From Minisyncoccota bacterium (GTDB taxonomy: Bacteria > Patescibacteriota > Minisyncoccia > Phycocordibacterales > SBAW01): a stretch of 64,000 nucleotides of DNA. Where the stretch lies: positions 18,546-82,545 of the forward strand of contig DASZRD010000006.1 in NCBI GenBank assembly GCA_035549255.1, in the 5' to 3' direction. This document shows, piece after piece, positions 27,694-37,706 of the stretch (within the stretch, counting starts at the first letter, position 1; every line of letters begins with the position of its first letter). A program made the position numbers and the translations under genes. A model generated the notes under the pieces. It did not search any database. It was not told the origin of the DNA and was given only the letters and a program-made list of their open reading frames with translations.

Positions 27694-28089
27694 TTACAAT
27701 ACAACATTCTCCAGCAGTTCGACCTGTGCCGTGTGGGTAGAAAAGTTGAGATACGCGCATGCGAGGTCGAGTTGCCACTTTTTACTCTCCGGTACTTTAT
27801 GATCTAAGAGATACGTCTGAATAGCTCGATAGAGGCGTTTTATCTTTGCCGGATGCATGTTTTCTTCTGGGCGGTATGTTCCACGTGAACCCTCCTCCTT
27901 ATTTGTATCACGTGAAACTGATTTAACCTCTACAAAACTTAAAAGGCCTGCTTTTTCGGCCACTATATCTATTTCTCCCCAGGGTTTCCAGTAATTACGC
28001 TCTAAAATCGTATATCCCCTGCCCTCTAAATACTTGCAGACTACGCCTTCGCCGGTATCACCTATCTCCCGCTTTCGCGATTTGGCCAT
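27694..28089 (-). CDS. YraN/UPF0102-family endonuclease
   Basis: GDTGEGVVCKYLEGRGYTILERNYWKPWGEIDIVAEK matches the UPF0102 signature. Confidence 0.8.
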   Translation of the reverse strand: MAKSRKREIGDTGEGVVCKYLEGRGYTILERNYWKPWGEIDIVAEKAGLLSFVEVKSVSRDTNKEEGSRGTYRPEENMHPAKIKRLYRAIQTYLLDHKVPESKKWQLDLACAYLNFSTHTAQVELLENVVL

Positions 28090-28204
28090 ATTTTGCTTGG
28101 GATTTTACGGTTTCATGTGAACCAATACCTTCTCTATAAGACCCTTTCAAGGACGTCCTTTATGCACATGTCCCCAATTTTATCCACAGAATGTCTGTGA
28201 AAGC

Positions 28205-28278
28205 TGGTGCGGATAGGGAGAATCGAACTCCCACCTCGTCCTTGGCAAGGACGCGTCCTACCACTAAACGATATCCGC
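28205..28278 (-). tRNA. tRNA-Gly (anticodon GCC); 3' CCA encoded
   Basis: GCGGATATCGTTTAGTGGTAGGACGCGTCCTTGCCAAGGACGAGGTGGGAGTTCGATTCTCCCTATCCGCACCA. Confidence 0.85.
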
Positions 28279-28333
28279 GGTAAGAAACATTTGAGACTAT
28301 AGCACACTCTCGCCGGCACGATAACGTACCTTG

Positions 28334-28406
28334 CGCGCCCGGCAGGACTCGAACCCACAACCCCCTGGTTCGAAGCCAGGTGCTCTATCCATTGAGCTAC
28401 GGGCGC
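28334..28406 (-). tRNA. tRNA-Arg (anticodon TCG); CCA not encoded
   Basis: GCGCCCGTAGCTCAATGGATAGAGCACCTGGCTTCGAACCAGGGGGTTGTGGGTTCGAGTCCTGCCGGGCGCG; anticodon loop CTTCGAA. Confidence 0.75.
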
Positions 28407-28440
28407 ATGGCCCTAAAGGAGGGCGTGCTAAGATTGTGCC

Positions 28441-29910
28441 ATGGAGTTGCGGCCGAGCCAAATACCTCATGAAGTGACAGACGCCATAAAAACCCTTGAA
28501 AACGCCGGATTTGAGTCCTGGGCGGTGGGGGGATGTATCCGCGACCTTCTCCTTAAGAGGTCGCCCAAAGATTGGGATATCACTACCAACGCGACACCCG
28601 ATGAGATACAGAAGGCATTCCCGGAAACGTATTACACAAACGACTTTGGCACGGTTGGCGTCGTAACCGGCTCCGAGGAGCCTGCTCTCAAGGTCATAGA
28701 AGCGACGCCATACAGGCTGGAAGGGAAGTACAGTGACGCACGCCGCCCAGATAACGTTATTTTTAGCCATAATTTGGAAGACGACCTTAAAAGACGCGAT
28801 TTTACGGTCAATGCTTTGGCCTATAGCCCCACAAAGGACAAACTGGTTGACCTTTATGATGGTATAAAGGACATAAAGGACGGCGTGCTCCGCGCGGTGG
28901 GGGAGCCGGGCGAGCGATTCGAGGAGGACGCTTTACGCATATTGCGCGCTATACGCATCGCAGCCGAGCTTAACTTCACGATAGAAGAGGGGACGCGTGC
29001 TGCTATGGCCAAGCATGCCAAACAGCTCGAGAAGATCTCCAAAGAGCGCATTCGTGACGAGTTTATCCGGATCCTCAACTCCGATAAGCCCATGAAGGCG
29101 CTTATGCTGGCTCAAAGTATCGGGGTATTGCGCTATATAGCGCCGGAACTTGAGGAGGGGATGGGGGTGGAACAGAACCAGGCGCACTCGTACGACGTCT
29201 TCGAGCACAATCTTCGGGCGCTCCAGCATGCGGCGGACAAGGGCTGGAGCCTCGATGTGCGCCTCGCAGCTCTGTTTCATGATATAGGCAAGCCCAAGAG
29301 CCGCCGCTGGTCGCCAGAGAAAGGAGATTGGACCTTCCATGGCCATGAGGTAGTAGGCGCTCGGATGACCAGGAAGGCGCTCGAAAACCTTCATTTCCCT
29401 CGGGAGCTTATCGACAAGACCGAAAAGCTCGTCCGTTGGCATATGTTCTTCTCCGATCCGGACAAAGTGACGCTTTCGGCAGTCCGGAGGATCATAAACA
29501 ACGTTTCTCGTGAAAACATCGAGGACCTTGTGGAGCTGCGCATCTGCGACCGGATCGGGACGGGGAGGCCCAAGGAGCAGCCCTTCCGCCTCCGTAAGTA
29601 CCACTCGATGATCGAACAGGCGCTGCGTGACCCCATCTCTGTCGGCATGCTCGCCGTGGATGGGAAGTCGGTCATGGAGGCAGGGGAGAAGCCGGGCCCA
29701 AGGATCGGTTGGATGCTCCACGCACTCCTTGAGGAAGTGTTGGACGATCCTTCGCGCAACACGAAAGAATATTTGGAGAAAAAAATTGTCGAACTTTCAA
29801 AACTTTCTGATGCGAAATTGCGCGCGATAGGTGAAGCAGGGAAGGAGAAAAAAGATGAGGCCGAAGAAGCGGAGATAAAAAAGCTCCGTCAAAAACACTT
29901 TGTAGAATAA
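28441..29910 (+). CDS. cca: CCA-adding tRNA nucleotidyltransferase with an HD domain
   Basis: GGCIRDLLL…DWDI head domain and an HD phosphohydrolase motif (FHDIGK). Confidence 0.9.
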   Translation: MELRPSQIPHEVTDAIKTLENAGFESWAVGGCIRDLLLKRSPKDWDITTNATPDEIQKAFPETYYTNDFGTVGVVTGSEEPALKVIEATPYRLEGKYSDARRPDNVIFSHNLEDDLKRRDFTVNALAYSPTKDKLVDLYDGIKDIKDGVLRAVGEPGERFEEDALRILRAIRIAAELNFTIEEGTRAAMAKHAKQLEKISKERIRDEFIRILNSDKPMKALMLAQSIGVLRYIAPELEEGMGVEQNQAHSYDVFEHNLRALQHAADKGWSLDVRLAALFHDIGKPKSRRWSPEKGDWTFHGHEVVGARMTRKALENLHFPRELIDKTEKLVRWHMFFSDPDKVTLSAVRRIINNVSRENIEDLVELRICDRIGTGRPKEQPFRLRKYHSMIEQALRDPISVGMLAVDGKSVMEAGEKPGPRIGWMLHALLEEVLDDPSRNTKEYLEKKIVELSKLSDAKLRAIGEAGKEKKDEAEEAEIKKLRQKHFVE

Positions 29911-30242
29911 GAGTTTTTTGTTCGTGTCCTTTAAGATTATCGAGATATCCACATCAATGTCCTTTACGATGTCCGTTATAAACGTATTATTAATCTCAGA
30001 CAAATTCTCACGCTGAGATCAGCCCTGGCTCAGAAGTTGAGTAAAAAGTTCTGTCTGCCAAATGCGCTGTACACGCATTGAAATAGGGCACCATAAAGTT
30101 GTGTCATTAGGTCATTGTCGGTCGGCCACTCGTGTGGCATCCTCTCAATGTTCTATAAAAAGTGGATCAAGCGACACGCAGCAGTTGATCTGGATTTCAT
30201 AATCCATTCCCGGTGACACTCCGACTTTAGGCCCTGTTCAAA

Positions 30243-30272
30243 CCTCCGACGCCTCCGTTGTCGGAGGTTTTT
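30243..30272. terminator. Intrinsic terminator (CCTCCGAC…GTCGGAGG plus TTTTT) at the end of a 390-bp low-GC non-coding region; it also lies directly downstream of xth on the opposite strand
   Basis: Perfect 8-bp stem followed by TTTTT. Confidence 0.55.
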
Positions 30273-30297
30273 CATATCTCTACCTCACGCCTCTGTC

Positions 30298-31089
30298 TTA
30301 CAGCTCTATCAGGACAGGACAGTGGTCGGAGCCCATGACCTCGGGCAGGATCTCGGCCTTCTTAAGCTTCGGGGCGAGCTTTTTGGATACGAAGAAGTAG
30401 TCTATGCGCCAGCCGATGTTGCGCGCCCGGGCATTGGCCCAGTGGGTCCACCAGGTGTAGTGGCCATTGCCCTTGGGAGTGAAGTGGCGGAATGAGTCTA
30501 CAAAGCCAGCTTCGACCACCTTGTCGAGCCCCTCGCGCTCTTCGGGGGTGAAGCCATGCTCGCCTTCGTTGGCCTTGGGGTTGGCAAGGTCGTCGGCCGT
30601 ATGGGCAGCGTTGAGGTCGCCGCAAAAGATAACCGGCTTACTCTTCTCGAGCTCCTTCATATAGGCCAGGAAGGCAGGGTCCCAATGCTTGTGGCGCATA
30701 GAAAGGCGCGAGAGGTCGGGCTTGGAGTTGGGAGTGTAGACGGTCACGACCCAGAAGTCCTTAAATTCCGCGGCAATAATCCGGCCTTCCAGGGTCGTGT
30801 CGCCGTAATCGTCTTCAAGCTTGTATTTCTTTGCTATTTCGTCAGGCAAGCCTAATCGGACACTGAGAGGCTTCACTTTGGTAAAGATCGCCGTGCCGCT
30901 GTAGCCCTTCTTTTCGGCTGAGTTCCAGTACTCCTCATATTCAGGGAGGTCGATCTCCGCCTGGCCCTGCTGAGCCTTTGTTTCCTGCAAGCAGAGGATA
31001 TCCGGCTGGTATTTCTTAACAAAAGGCATAAAAAGCCCCTTGGTATGCACAGCCCGAATCCCATTAACGTTCCAGGAGATGAGTTTCAC
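30298..31089 (-). CDS. xth: Exodeoxyribonuclease III
   Basis: MKLISWNVNGIRA…; EEP-family catalytic motifs (QETK, GDLN, SDHCPV). Confidence 0.93.
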   Translation of the reverse strand: MKLISWNVNGIRAVHTKGLFMPFVKKYQPDILCLQETKAQQGQAEIDLPEYEEYWNSAEKKGYSGTAIFTKVKPLSVRLGLPDEIAKKYKLEDDYGDTTLEGRIIAAEFKDFWVVTVYTPNSKPDLSRLSMRHKHWDPAFLAYMKELEKSKPVIFCGDLNAAHTADDLANPKANEGEHGFTPEEREGLDKVVEAGFVDSFRHFTPKGNGHYTWWTHWANARARNIGWRIDYFFVSKKLAPKLKKAEILPEVMGSDHCPVLIEL

Positions 31090-31101
31090 CTCCGTATGAT
31101 A

Positions 31102-32037
31102 CTACTTTCGCCTTATTCCGTGGAATTTTTTGTGGATCTCTCTTAGATGCTTGTCGGTGACGTGGGTATAGACCTGCGTTGTCGTGATGTTGGAGTGGCC
31201 CAGGAGTGCTTGGACAGAGCGCAAATCGGCGCCGTTCTCGAGGAGATCGGTCGCAAAGCTGTGGCGGATGACATGTGGGGTTACTTTGCGCGTGATGCCT
31301 GCCTTAGTGGCGTACTTTTTGATAATGCGCTCGACTGAGCGCGAGGTGATGCGCAGGTTTTTGGCATTCTTCGATGTTTTGCCCATTTGAATGAAGAGTG
31401 CATCGTCGATGTCGCCGCGCTTGTCGAGATAGTCTTTGACCGCCTTCTTGGCGTCGGGGGAGAGGAAGACGACGCGGACTTTCTCGCCCTTGCCGCGGAC
31501 ACTAAATTCATCGCGCGAAAGGTCGAGGTCACGATCGAGCGAGCAGAGCTCGGAGACGCGCAAGCCGGTCGAGAAGAAGAGCTCCATGATCGCGCGGTCG
31601 CGCAATGCCGGGAGGGAAGTGCCCTTGGGGCCTTGAAGCAAGCGACTAAGTTCATCCGTCGATATGAGGTCGAGGTCGCGCGCACCAACCTTCGCTAACT
31701 CAATGCGCTCGGGGTTGAGCGACTCGATATCGCGCTTGCGCAGGAATTTGAGAAATGCACGTAATGCGATGAGGTAGAAATTTTGTGTCTTGTGCTTCAT
31801 GGTGCCCGCGGTGCCCGCTTGGCGATTGAGATGGAGCCTAAACTCGCGCACCTTAGACTCCTCTATATGAGAGGGAAGTGTCGCTCTGGAGAATGCGAGG
31901 AAGCGGCTGATGTAGCGGTCATAGCTCTCGACTGTTTTGACCGAGCGGCCCTTCTCGATCTCGAGGTATTCGAGGAACTCGACTTTGAGCGATTTGAGGT
32001 CGCGGGATGCCATACGTCGCACAATATTATACGACAT
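31102..32037 (-). CDS. Tyrosine site-specific recombinase (XerC/XerD family)
   Basis: R…HxxR…Y catalytic motifs ([39 protein letters not shown]); the start may be the internal M at 32013. Confidence 0.88.
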   Translation of the reverse strand: MSYNIVRRMASRDLKSLKVEFLEYLEIEKGRSVKTVESYDRYISRFLAFSRATLPSHIEESKVREFRLHLNRQAGTAGTMKHKTQNFYLIALRAFLKFLRKRDIESLNPERIELAKVGARDLDLISTDELSRLLQGPKGTSLPALRDRAIMELFFSTGLRVSELCSLDRDLDLSRDEFSVRGKGEKVRVVFLSPDAKKAVKDYLDKRGDIDDALFIQMGKTSKNAKNLRITSRSVERIIKKYATKAGITRKVTPHVIRHSFATDLLENGADLRSVQALLGHSNITTTQVYTHVTDKHLREIHKKFHGIRRK

Positions 32038-32157
32038 ATACCAGGAATCCTTGTGGTTAAGCCATTACTTGACAAATATTACAATCTATGATAGAATAGA
32101 AGATAGTAGTGTCGTTGGGGTCAGTATCGAATCAAACCAACGAAGGAGTACCATGAA

Positions 32158-32706
32158 ATGCGGCATATCTACAGTGTTATCGGGCTTATCCTGCTTGCGG
32201 TCATTGCGGCAGGGCAGACCCGCGCAAATGCTGGGAACGGCGAAGAAGCCTTCTACCGCTCGCAAATTACCCCCATGGCTCTCAATATCTACAACGAGGG
32301 CCGCGGAGAGAAGGAGCTGGGCCAGATGATGGTGGCGTACGTCACCCTCATGCGGGCTCGGGACAACCGTCAAGAGTGGGGCGGGAGTAGCATCCTTGGG
32401 GTCGTGTTCAAGGGACATCAGTTCTCCTGGACCAGCTCCAAGGCAAAAGCGAAGCTCCCGCAGGGTCCCGCATGGGACAAGGCGGTGGCTGTTGCCACCT
32501 GGGTGGCGTTGGGCTTCTTTGAAGCCCCCGACGTGCTCATAGAGGCCCGGTACTACATGAACCCGGACACGAGCAACCCGAGCAACCGCTGCTGGATGGC
32601 GACGCATATGGTCCAGGTGGGGGTGGTGGGCAACCACTACTTCTATCGGGAGCCGAAGCCGGGCGAGAAGGTAAAGTATGTCCCGCCGCGGTTCAATTGC
32701 ACCTGA
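32158..32706 (+). CDS. SleB-like cell-wall hydrolase (Hydrolase_2 family) with a signal/anchor
   Basis: NIYNEGRGEKELGQMMVAYVTLMRARDN…GVVFKGHQFSW. Confidence 0.68.
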   Translation: MRHIYSVIGLILLAVIAAGQTRANAGNGEEAFYRSQITPMALNIYNEGRGEKELGQMMVAYVTLMRARDNRQEWGGSSILGVVFKGHQFSWTSSKAKAKLPQGPAWDKAVAVATWVALGFFEAPDVLIEARYYMNPDTSNPSNRCWMATHMVQVGVVGNHYFYREPKPGEKVKYVPPRFNCT

Positions 32707-32720
32707 AGATTGAGAAGACT

Positions 32721-32750
32721 CCGCCGCACAACCGGCGGGGTTTTTCTTTT
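32721..32750 (+). terminator. Intrinsic terminator after the SleB-like gene
   Basis: CCGCCGCACAACCGGCGGGGTTTTTCTTTT. Confidence 0.6.
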
Positions 32751-32762
32751 GCAGGAGAGGCC

Positions 32763-32791
32763 TTGCGTAAATGGAAAGGCTGTGATAGTAT
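32763..32791 (+). promoter_or_regulatory. Sigma70-like promoter of rpsO (TTGCGT, 17 nt spacer, TAGTAT; 6-nt leader)
   Basis: cTTGCGTaaatggaaaggctgtgaTAGTATgtcttcATG. Confidence 0.45.
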
Positions 32792-32797
32792 GTCTTC

Positions 32798-33064
32798 ATG
32801 CTGACCAAGCAGAAGAAAGCGAAGGCAATAAAGGAAGTGGCTATCCACGACGCGGACACGGGCTCGCCCGAGGTCCAGATTGCCGTGCTCACCAAGCGCA
32901 TCGACGAGCTTACCAGCCACCTGCGCAAGCATCTCAAGGACAAGCACTCCCGCCGCGGCCTCCTCCAGATGGTTGCGGACCGCCGCGCGCACCTCAAGTA
33001 CCTCGAGGGCTCCGACAAGAAGCGCTACAACGCCGTCATCAAGAAGCTCGGTTTGAAGAAGTAG
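32798..33064 (+). CDS. rpsO: 30S ribosomal protein S15
   Basis: GSPEVQIAVLTKRI…HLK.HKKDHHSRRGLL…. Confidence 0.95.
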   Translation: MLTKQKKAKAIKEVAIHDADTGSPEVQIAVLTKRIDELTSHLRKHLKDKHSRRGLLQMVADRRAHLKYLEGSDKKRYNAVIKKLGLKK

Positions 33065-33176
33065 GAACCTTTTACACTTCTTCGTCGTATACTTACAGTG
33101 CAGGTCGATATTTTGTGTGTGTTCTTCACGTTTGCGAGTCAGCAGTTCTTCATTTTTAGTAATTTAGTGTTTTTAT

Positions 33177-33839
33177 ATGGCTATCATCAAACATAAAAGC
33201 CAGCGTGTCGGCATTTTCATAGACACGCAAAACCTCTACCACAGCGCGAAAAATCTTTATAAATCAAAAGTGAACTTCGGCAACGTCGTTGCCAAGGCGC
33301 TCGCCGGGCGCCAGCTCATCCGCGCGATCGCGTACGTCATACGCACCGAGAGCGAGGAGGAGAAAGGCTTCTTCGAGGCGCTCAACAAGCTCGGCATCGA
33401 GACCAAGGTGAAGGACATCCGCGTCTTCGCCGGCGGCGCCAAGAAGGCGGACTGGGATATCGGCATGGCGATCGACGCGATCGCGATGTCCGAGAAGCTC
33501 GACGCGATCGTGCTCGCGACCGGCGACGGCGACTTCGTGCCGCTGGTCGAATACCTCAAGTACACGCAGGGGACGCAGGTCGAGGTCATTGCCTTCGGCA
33601 AATCCGCGGCCGGCGTGTTGCGCGAGTCGGTCGACGACTTCATCGACATGTGCGACAACCCCAAGGAATATCTCATCGGCTACCGAGGGGGAGGGCGCTG
33701 GATACCAAGCTTCACCTCGGGCTCCAACGACCGCCCGCAGAACGCCGACACGAGCCCGCTTAATACCGAGGCGAAGGAGGACTTCGAAGATATGAGCGGA
33801 GACGGGGAAGACCCGGCGATAAAGATGTCGGGAGAGTAA
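33177..33839 (+). CDS. NYN-domain (LabA-like) putative ribonuclease with an acidic C-terminal tail
   Basis: VGIFIDTQNLYHS…IVLATGDGDFVPLVEYL. Confidence 0.72.
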   Translation: MAIIKHKSQRVGIFIDTQNLYHSAKNLYKSKVNFGNVVAKALAGRQLIRAIAYVIRTESEEEKGFFEALNKLGIETKVKDIRVFAGGAKKADWDIGMAIDAIAMSEKLDAIVLATGDGDFVPLVEYLKYTQGTQVEVIAFGKSAAGVLRESVDDFIDMCDNPKEYLIGYRGGGRWIPSFTSGSNDRPQNADTSPLNTEAKEDFEDMSGDGEDPAIKMSGE

Positions 33840-33867
33840 ACAATAATAATATATAGAAAAAAGAAAA

Positions 33868-33896
33868 AGCCCCGCTGGAAACAGCGGAGCTTTTTT
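33868..33896 (+). terminator. Intrinsic terminator
   Basis: AAAAAGCCCCGCTGGAAACAGCGGAGCTTTTTT. Confidence 0.5.
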
Positions 33897-33990
33897 GCTA
33901 CAGTCCTTATATATAGGTAATCGCGAAGCGGATGGATAGGTAGCTCTCGATCAGTCGAGACCTAAAATCCAGTCGTTTCGCACACGCGAA

Positions 33991-36177
33991 ATGATGCAAA
34001 AGAAAACGTACGAGCTCGAGGTCGGCGGCAAGAAAATGATTGCCGAGTTCAGCGACTTGGCCGAGCAGGCGAGCGGCTCAGTCATACTGCGCTATGGGAA
34101 CACGGCCGTGCTTGCGACCGCGGTGATGTCGAGCAAAACTCGCGACGATATCGATTACTTCCCGCTCACGGTCGACTACGAAGAAAGATTCTATGCCGCG
34201 GGACAAATCCTGGGCAGCCGCTTCGTGCGTCGCGAGGGGCGCCCCTCCGAGCAAGCGATACTCTCCGGCCGCGTCGTCGACCGCACGATTAGGCCGCTCT
34301 TCCCGCAGCATATCCGCAACGAGGTGCAGGTCATCATCACCGTGCTCGCGCTCGATGAGGAAGACCCCGACCAGATCGCGGTCAACGCCGCCTCGCTCGC
34401 GCTGGGTACCTCTAATATTCCGTGGGCCGGACCCGTTGCATCGGTGCGCATAGGGCGGGGGAGCGACAACCAATTCATAATCAATCCTACTTACAAAGAG
34501 CGTGACGCTTCGACGCTCGATATACTCGCGTGCGGCAAAGACTCTACTATTAATATGATCGAGGTCGCGGCTGACGAAGCGTCTGAAGACGAAGTTGCTG
34601 CGGGCTTCGCGCGCGCCGTAGAGGAGCATAACAAAATTATCGCGTGGCAGCAGGCTATTATCGCAGAAATAGGAAAGGAGAAGACTAATGCAGCCAAGCC
34701 TGAGATCCCCGCGGCATTGCAAGAACTTTTTGACACAGAGTTTGCGCAGAAAGTGCGTGATGCGGTCTTCTGCGGCGTTGCTGGCAAAGACGCGATCCAT
34801 CATGCGCAAGATGAGTGGAAGACAAAATTGAAGGAGGAGCAGTATGCGGACATCAACCCGGGTGTCGCGAAGCGATTTTTCGACGACAAGGTCGATGAAG
34901 AGATTCATCGCGGCGCGATCGAGGACAACAAGCGCCCCGACAACAGAGCGTTCGGCGAGATCCGCCCTTTGTATGCGCAAGCCGGGGGCGTATCAGACAT
35001 CCTCCATGGCTCAGGCATCTTTTATCGCGGCGGGACGCATGTGTTCACCGCGCTTACGCTCGGCGGTCCGGGCGACAGCCAAGTCGTCGACACGATGGAA
35101 GAGCAGGATGTGAAGCAGCGCTTCATGCATCACTACAACTTCCCGCCGTACTCGGCCGGCGAGACCGGCCGCATGGGCGGGCTCAACCGCCGCATGATCG
35201 GGCACGGCGCGCTTGCGCAGAAGGCGCTCGAAGCGGTGATCCCGCCTGCAGAGCAATTCCCGTACACGATACGCCTCGTCTCCGAGTGCTTTGCCTCCAA
35301 TGGCTCGACCTCGATGGGCTCGGTATGTGCCTCGACGCTCGCGCTCATGGACGGCGGCGTGCCGATCAAGCGCGCGGTCGCAGGTATCGCGATGGGCGTC
35401 ATGACGCACAACGGAGAAAATAAAGTATTGACCGATATCCAGGGGCCGGAAGACGAGTTCGGCGGGATGGACTTCAAGGTTGCCGGTACGCGCGAGGGCA
35501 TCACCGCGATCCAGCTCGATATTAAACTCGACGGCATCCCGCTTGAAGTATTGAGCGAGGCGCTCGGTGGTGCTAAGAAAGCGCGTTTCGAAATATTGGA
35601 TGTGATTGAGGCTACGATCGCGGCACCGCGCGCCAATATTTCGCCGCGCGCGCCGGAGATTGTCACGATGAAAGTGAAGCCCGACCAGATCGGCCTCGTT
35701 ATCGGTGGCGGCGGCAAGACCATCAATGGCATCAAAGACACGTCTGAGGTCGACGATATTACGATCGAGGATGACGGCTCGGTATTTATTACCGGCAAGA
35801 ACGGCGCTGCGCAGATGGCCAAGGCCATGATCGAGGCACTCGTGAAGGAATACAAGCCGGGGGAAATCTATGACGGCGAGGTAACGCGGCTCATGGACTT
35901 CGGCGCGTTCGTGCGCATCGGCCCGGGCAAAGATGCTGAGGGCTTGGTGCACGTTTCTGAAGTCGCACCGTTCCGCATCGACAAGATATCTGACGCGGTT
36001 AAGGTAGGGGATAAAGTACGGGTTATGATAAAGGAGATAGACGAGAAAGGCCGCATCAACCTCTCCATTAAAACTGTCGATCCGGATTTCGCGTCTCGCA
36101 AAGGCTTGCTGCCTTCGACACAACCCCATGCCTCAAGACCCGATCGTCCCCAGCGCCCCCCAAGGAGGGAGTTCTAA
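33991..36177 (+). CDS. pnp: Polyribonucleotide nucleotidyltransferase (PNPase)
   Basis: 728 aa; two RNase PH domains, KH (GGGGKTI) and S1 domains. Confidence 0.95.
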   Translation: MMQKKTYELEVGGKKMIAEFSDLAEQASGSVILRYGNTAVLATAVMSSKTRDDIDYFPLTVDYEERFYAAGQILGSRFVRREGRPSEQAILSGRVVDRTIRPLFPQHIRNEVQVIITVLALDEEDPDQIAVNAASLALGTSNIPWAGPVASVRIGRGSDNQFIINPTYKERDASTLDILACGKDSTINMIEVAADEASEDEVAAGFARAVEEHNKIIAWQQAIIAEIGKEKTNAAKPEIPAALQELFDTEFAQKVRDAVFCGVAGKDAIHHAQDEWKTKLKEEQYADINPGVAKRFFDDKVDEEIHRGAIEDNKRPDNRAFGEIRPLYAQAGGVSDILHGSGIFYRGGTHVFTALTLGGPGDSQVVDTMEEQDVKQRFMHHYNFPPYSAGETGRMGGLNRRMIGHGALAQKALEAVIPPAEQFPYTIRLVSECFASNGSTSMGSVCASTLALMDGGVPIKRAVAGIAMGVMTHNGENKVLTDIQGPEDEFGGMDFKVAGTREGITAIQLDIKLDGIPLEVLSEALGGAKKARFEILDVIEATIAAPRANISPRAPEIVTMKVKPDQIGLVIGGGGKTINGIKDTSEVDDITIEDDGSVFITGKNGAAQMAKAMIEALVKEYKPGEIYDGEVTRLMDFGAFVRIGPGKDAEGLVHVSEVAPFRIDKISDAVKVGDKVRVMIKEIDEKGRINLSIKTVDPDFASRKGLLPSTQPHASRPDRPQRPPRREF

Positions 36178-37303
36178 TCCTCCGGCAGTAGATCCCAAGA
36201 GTTTCCTGCTGCCCAAAAAAGAGACTGCAGCCCCCGACACCGCTCAGCGCGTAAACGCCGGCGCGCTTTTGGCGCAGGAGGAGGCCGCGGCGACACAACC
36301 TCTCCAGCCCTCGGCTCCTGCCGCCCCAAAACCAGCGCCTATCACCATTACGCCCAAGCCGGCAGGCGGTGTCAGACAGATCGAGACCTATCAGGGCGAC
36401 ATTGAGAACCTGGTTGCCAATAAGAATGTCTCGGTAGTCTCGATCGCCGCCGCCGAGGCGGCGCGACGCGGAAGCAATCAAGAACCCGCTCCAGCCTCCG
36501 CACCGATCGACTGGGGCAGCCTCGGCAAGCGCGCAGGGATGGTTATCGCCGGCATGGTGCTCATCATGGTAGCGGGCGCGGCCGTCTGGTACGTGCTCAG
36601 GCCCGCGCCGTCAGTGCAGATTGCCGCGCCGGAAGACTCGCCATTTATAGAGGTCGATGATACGAAGGTGCTCTCAATCCCGGGCGGATCGATCGACCAT
36701 TCGGATTTTATACAGGCGCTCACGCAACAGCGCGACAACGTACAGGTAAGTTTAGGGCTCATTGAGCGTTTCATATTAGCCACCGCTTCGACCACCGCGG
36801 GAGGTCAACAGGCTTACACGCCCCTTTCAGCAACGGACGTATTGTCCCTGCTCTCGCCCGACGTGCCGTCAAGCCTCCTGCGGTCGATCGACCCGACACA
36901 GTACCTCCTCGGCGTGCATGCCTACGACGGCAATCAGGCGCTCCTTATATTCAAGGCGACGTCGTACGAAGGAGCCTACGCCGGCATGCTCGAATGGGAG
37001 AAGGACATGCGGGCCGACCTCTCGCCGCTTTTCCTGCGCATGCCCCCGGTCGCGATCAATACCGACACCGGGAGCTCTACGGCAAGTTCGACGCCGGAAG
37101 AAACGCCCAGCGTCACTACGACCGGCTTCGTGGACATGGTGCTCGAGAACCACGACGTGCGCGCGATCACCGACAGCGCGGGGAATATCCTCATGCTCTG
37201 GAGCGCGCTCGACCGGCAGACCTTCGTCATCACCACCAACGAAGCGACGCTGCGCGAAGTCATCTCAAGGCTCCAGAACCCCGCGATCGTCCCGACGCCG
37301 TAG
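36128..37303 (+). CDS. Hypothetical bitopic membrane protein (Pro/Ala-rich N-terminus, one central TM helix)
   Basis: 391 aa; overlaps the pnp 3' end by 50 nt; start uncertain. Confidence 0.5.
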   Translation: MPQDPIVPSAPQGGSSNPPAVDPKSFLLPKKETAAPDTAQRVNAGALLAQEEAAATQPLQPSAPAAPKPAPITITPKPAGGVRQIETYQGDIENLVANKNVSVVSIAAAEAARRGSNQEPAPASAPIDWGSLGKRAGMVIAGMVLIMVAGAAVWYVLRPAPSVQIAAPEDSPFIEVDDTKVLSIPGGSIDHSDFIQALTQQRDNVQVSLGLIERFILATASTTAGGQQAYTPLSATDVLSLLSPDVPSSLLRSIDPTQYLLGVHAYDGNQALLIFKATSYEGAYAGMLEWEKDMRADLSPLFLRMPPVAINTDTGSSTASSTPEETPSVTTTGFVDMVLENHDVRAITDSAGNILMLWSALDRQTFVITTNEATLREVISRLQNPAIVPTP

Positions 37304-37343
37304 CAAAAGTTGCGCTGACGCTCTGCCTTGGTACTATTGAGCC

Positions 37344-37661
37344 ATGCAAACCGAACACTTCAAGCAGAAGCTCGAGGAAGAATTGAAAACTCTCGACACG
37401 CAGATCGCGGATAACGCAGACGCGCCGCACGAGGAAGATGCGAGCGCGACCGAGCCCGACGAAGTTGCCGACAAGATCGAGGATTTGGAAGAGGAGCAAG
37501 AAGAGAATGCCGGCCTCAGGGCCCGCCGCAACGATGTCAAAGCTGCGCTTGATAAAATCTCCCGGGGCGCGTATGGTGTGTGCGAAGTAGGCGGGGAACC
37601 TATTGAAGAAGATCGTCTTGAAGCAGACCCGGCAGCGCGGACCTGCACGAAGCATATGTAG
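37344..37661 (+). CDS. DksA/TraR-family protein with a partially degenerate C4 zinc finger
   Basis: Acidic coiled-coil N-terminus; C-terminal GAYGVCEVGGEPIEEDRLEADPAARTC matches the DksA/TraR finger spacing but retains only 2 of 4 Cys. Confidence 0.55.
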   Translation: MQTEHFKQKLEEELKTLDTQIADNADAPHEEDASATEPDEVADKIEDLEEEQEENAGLRARRNDVKAALDKISRGAYGVCEVGGEPIEEDRLEADPAARTCTKHM

Positions 37662-37706
37662 TTTGAGTTCGTTGGGGAACCAGCCGTTATCAATTTTCAT
37701 AACGGC

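Noticed and set aside
32086-33018. 310-aa minus-strand ORF
   Set aside because: Runs antisense across the SleB-like gene, a terminator and rpsO; Arg/Leu-rich shadow composition.
35011-36129. 372-aa minus-strand ORF (plus 35133..35855 and 34078..34980)
   Set aside because: Antisense shadows of pnp.
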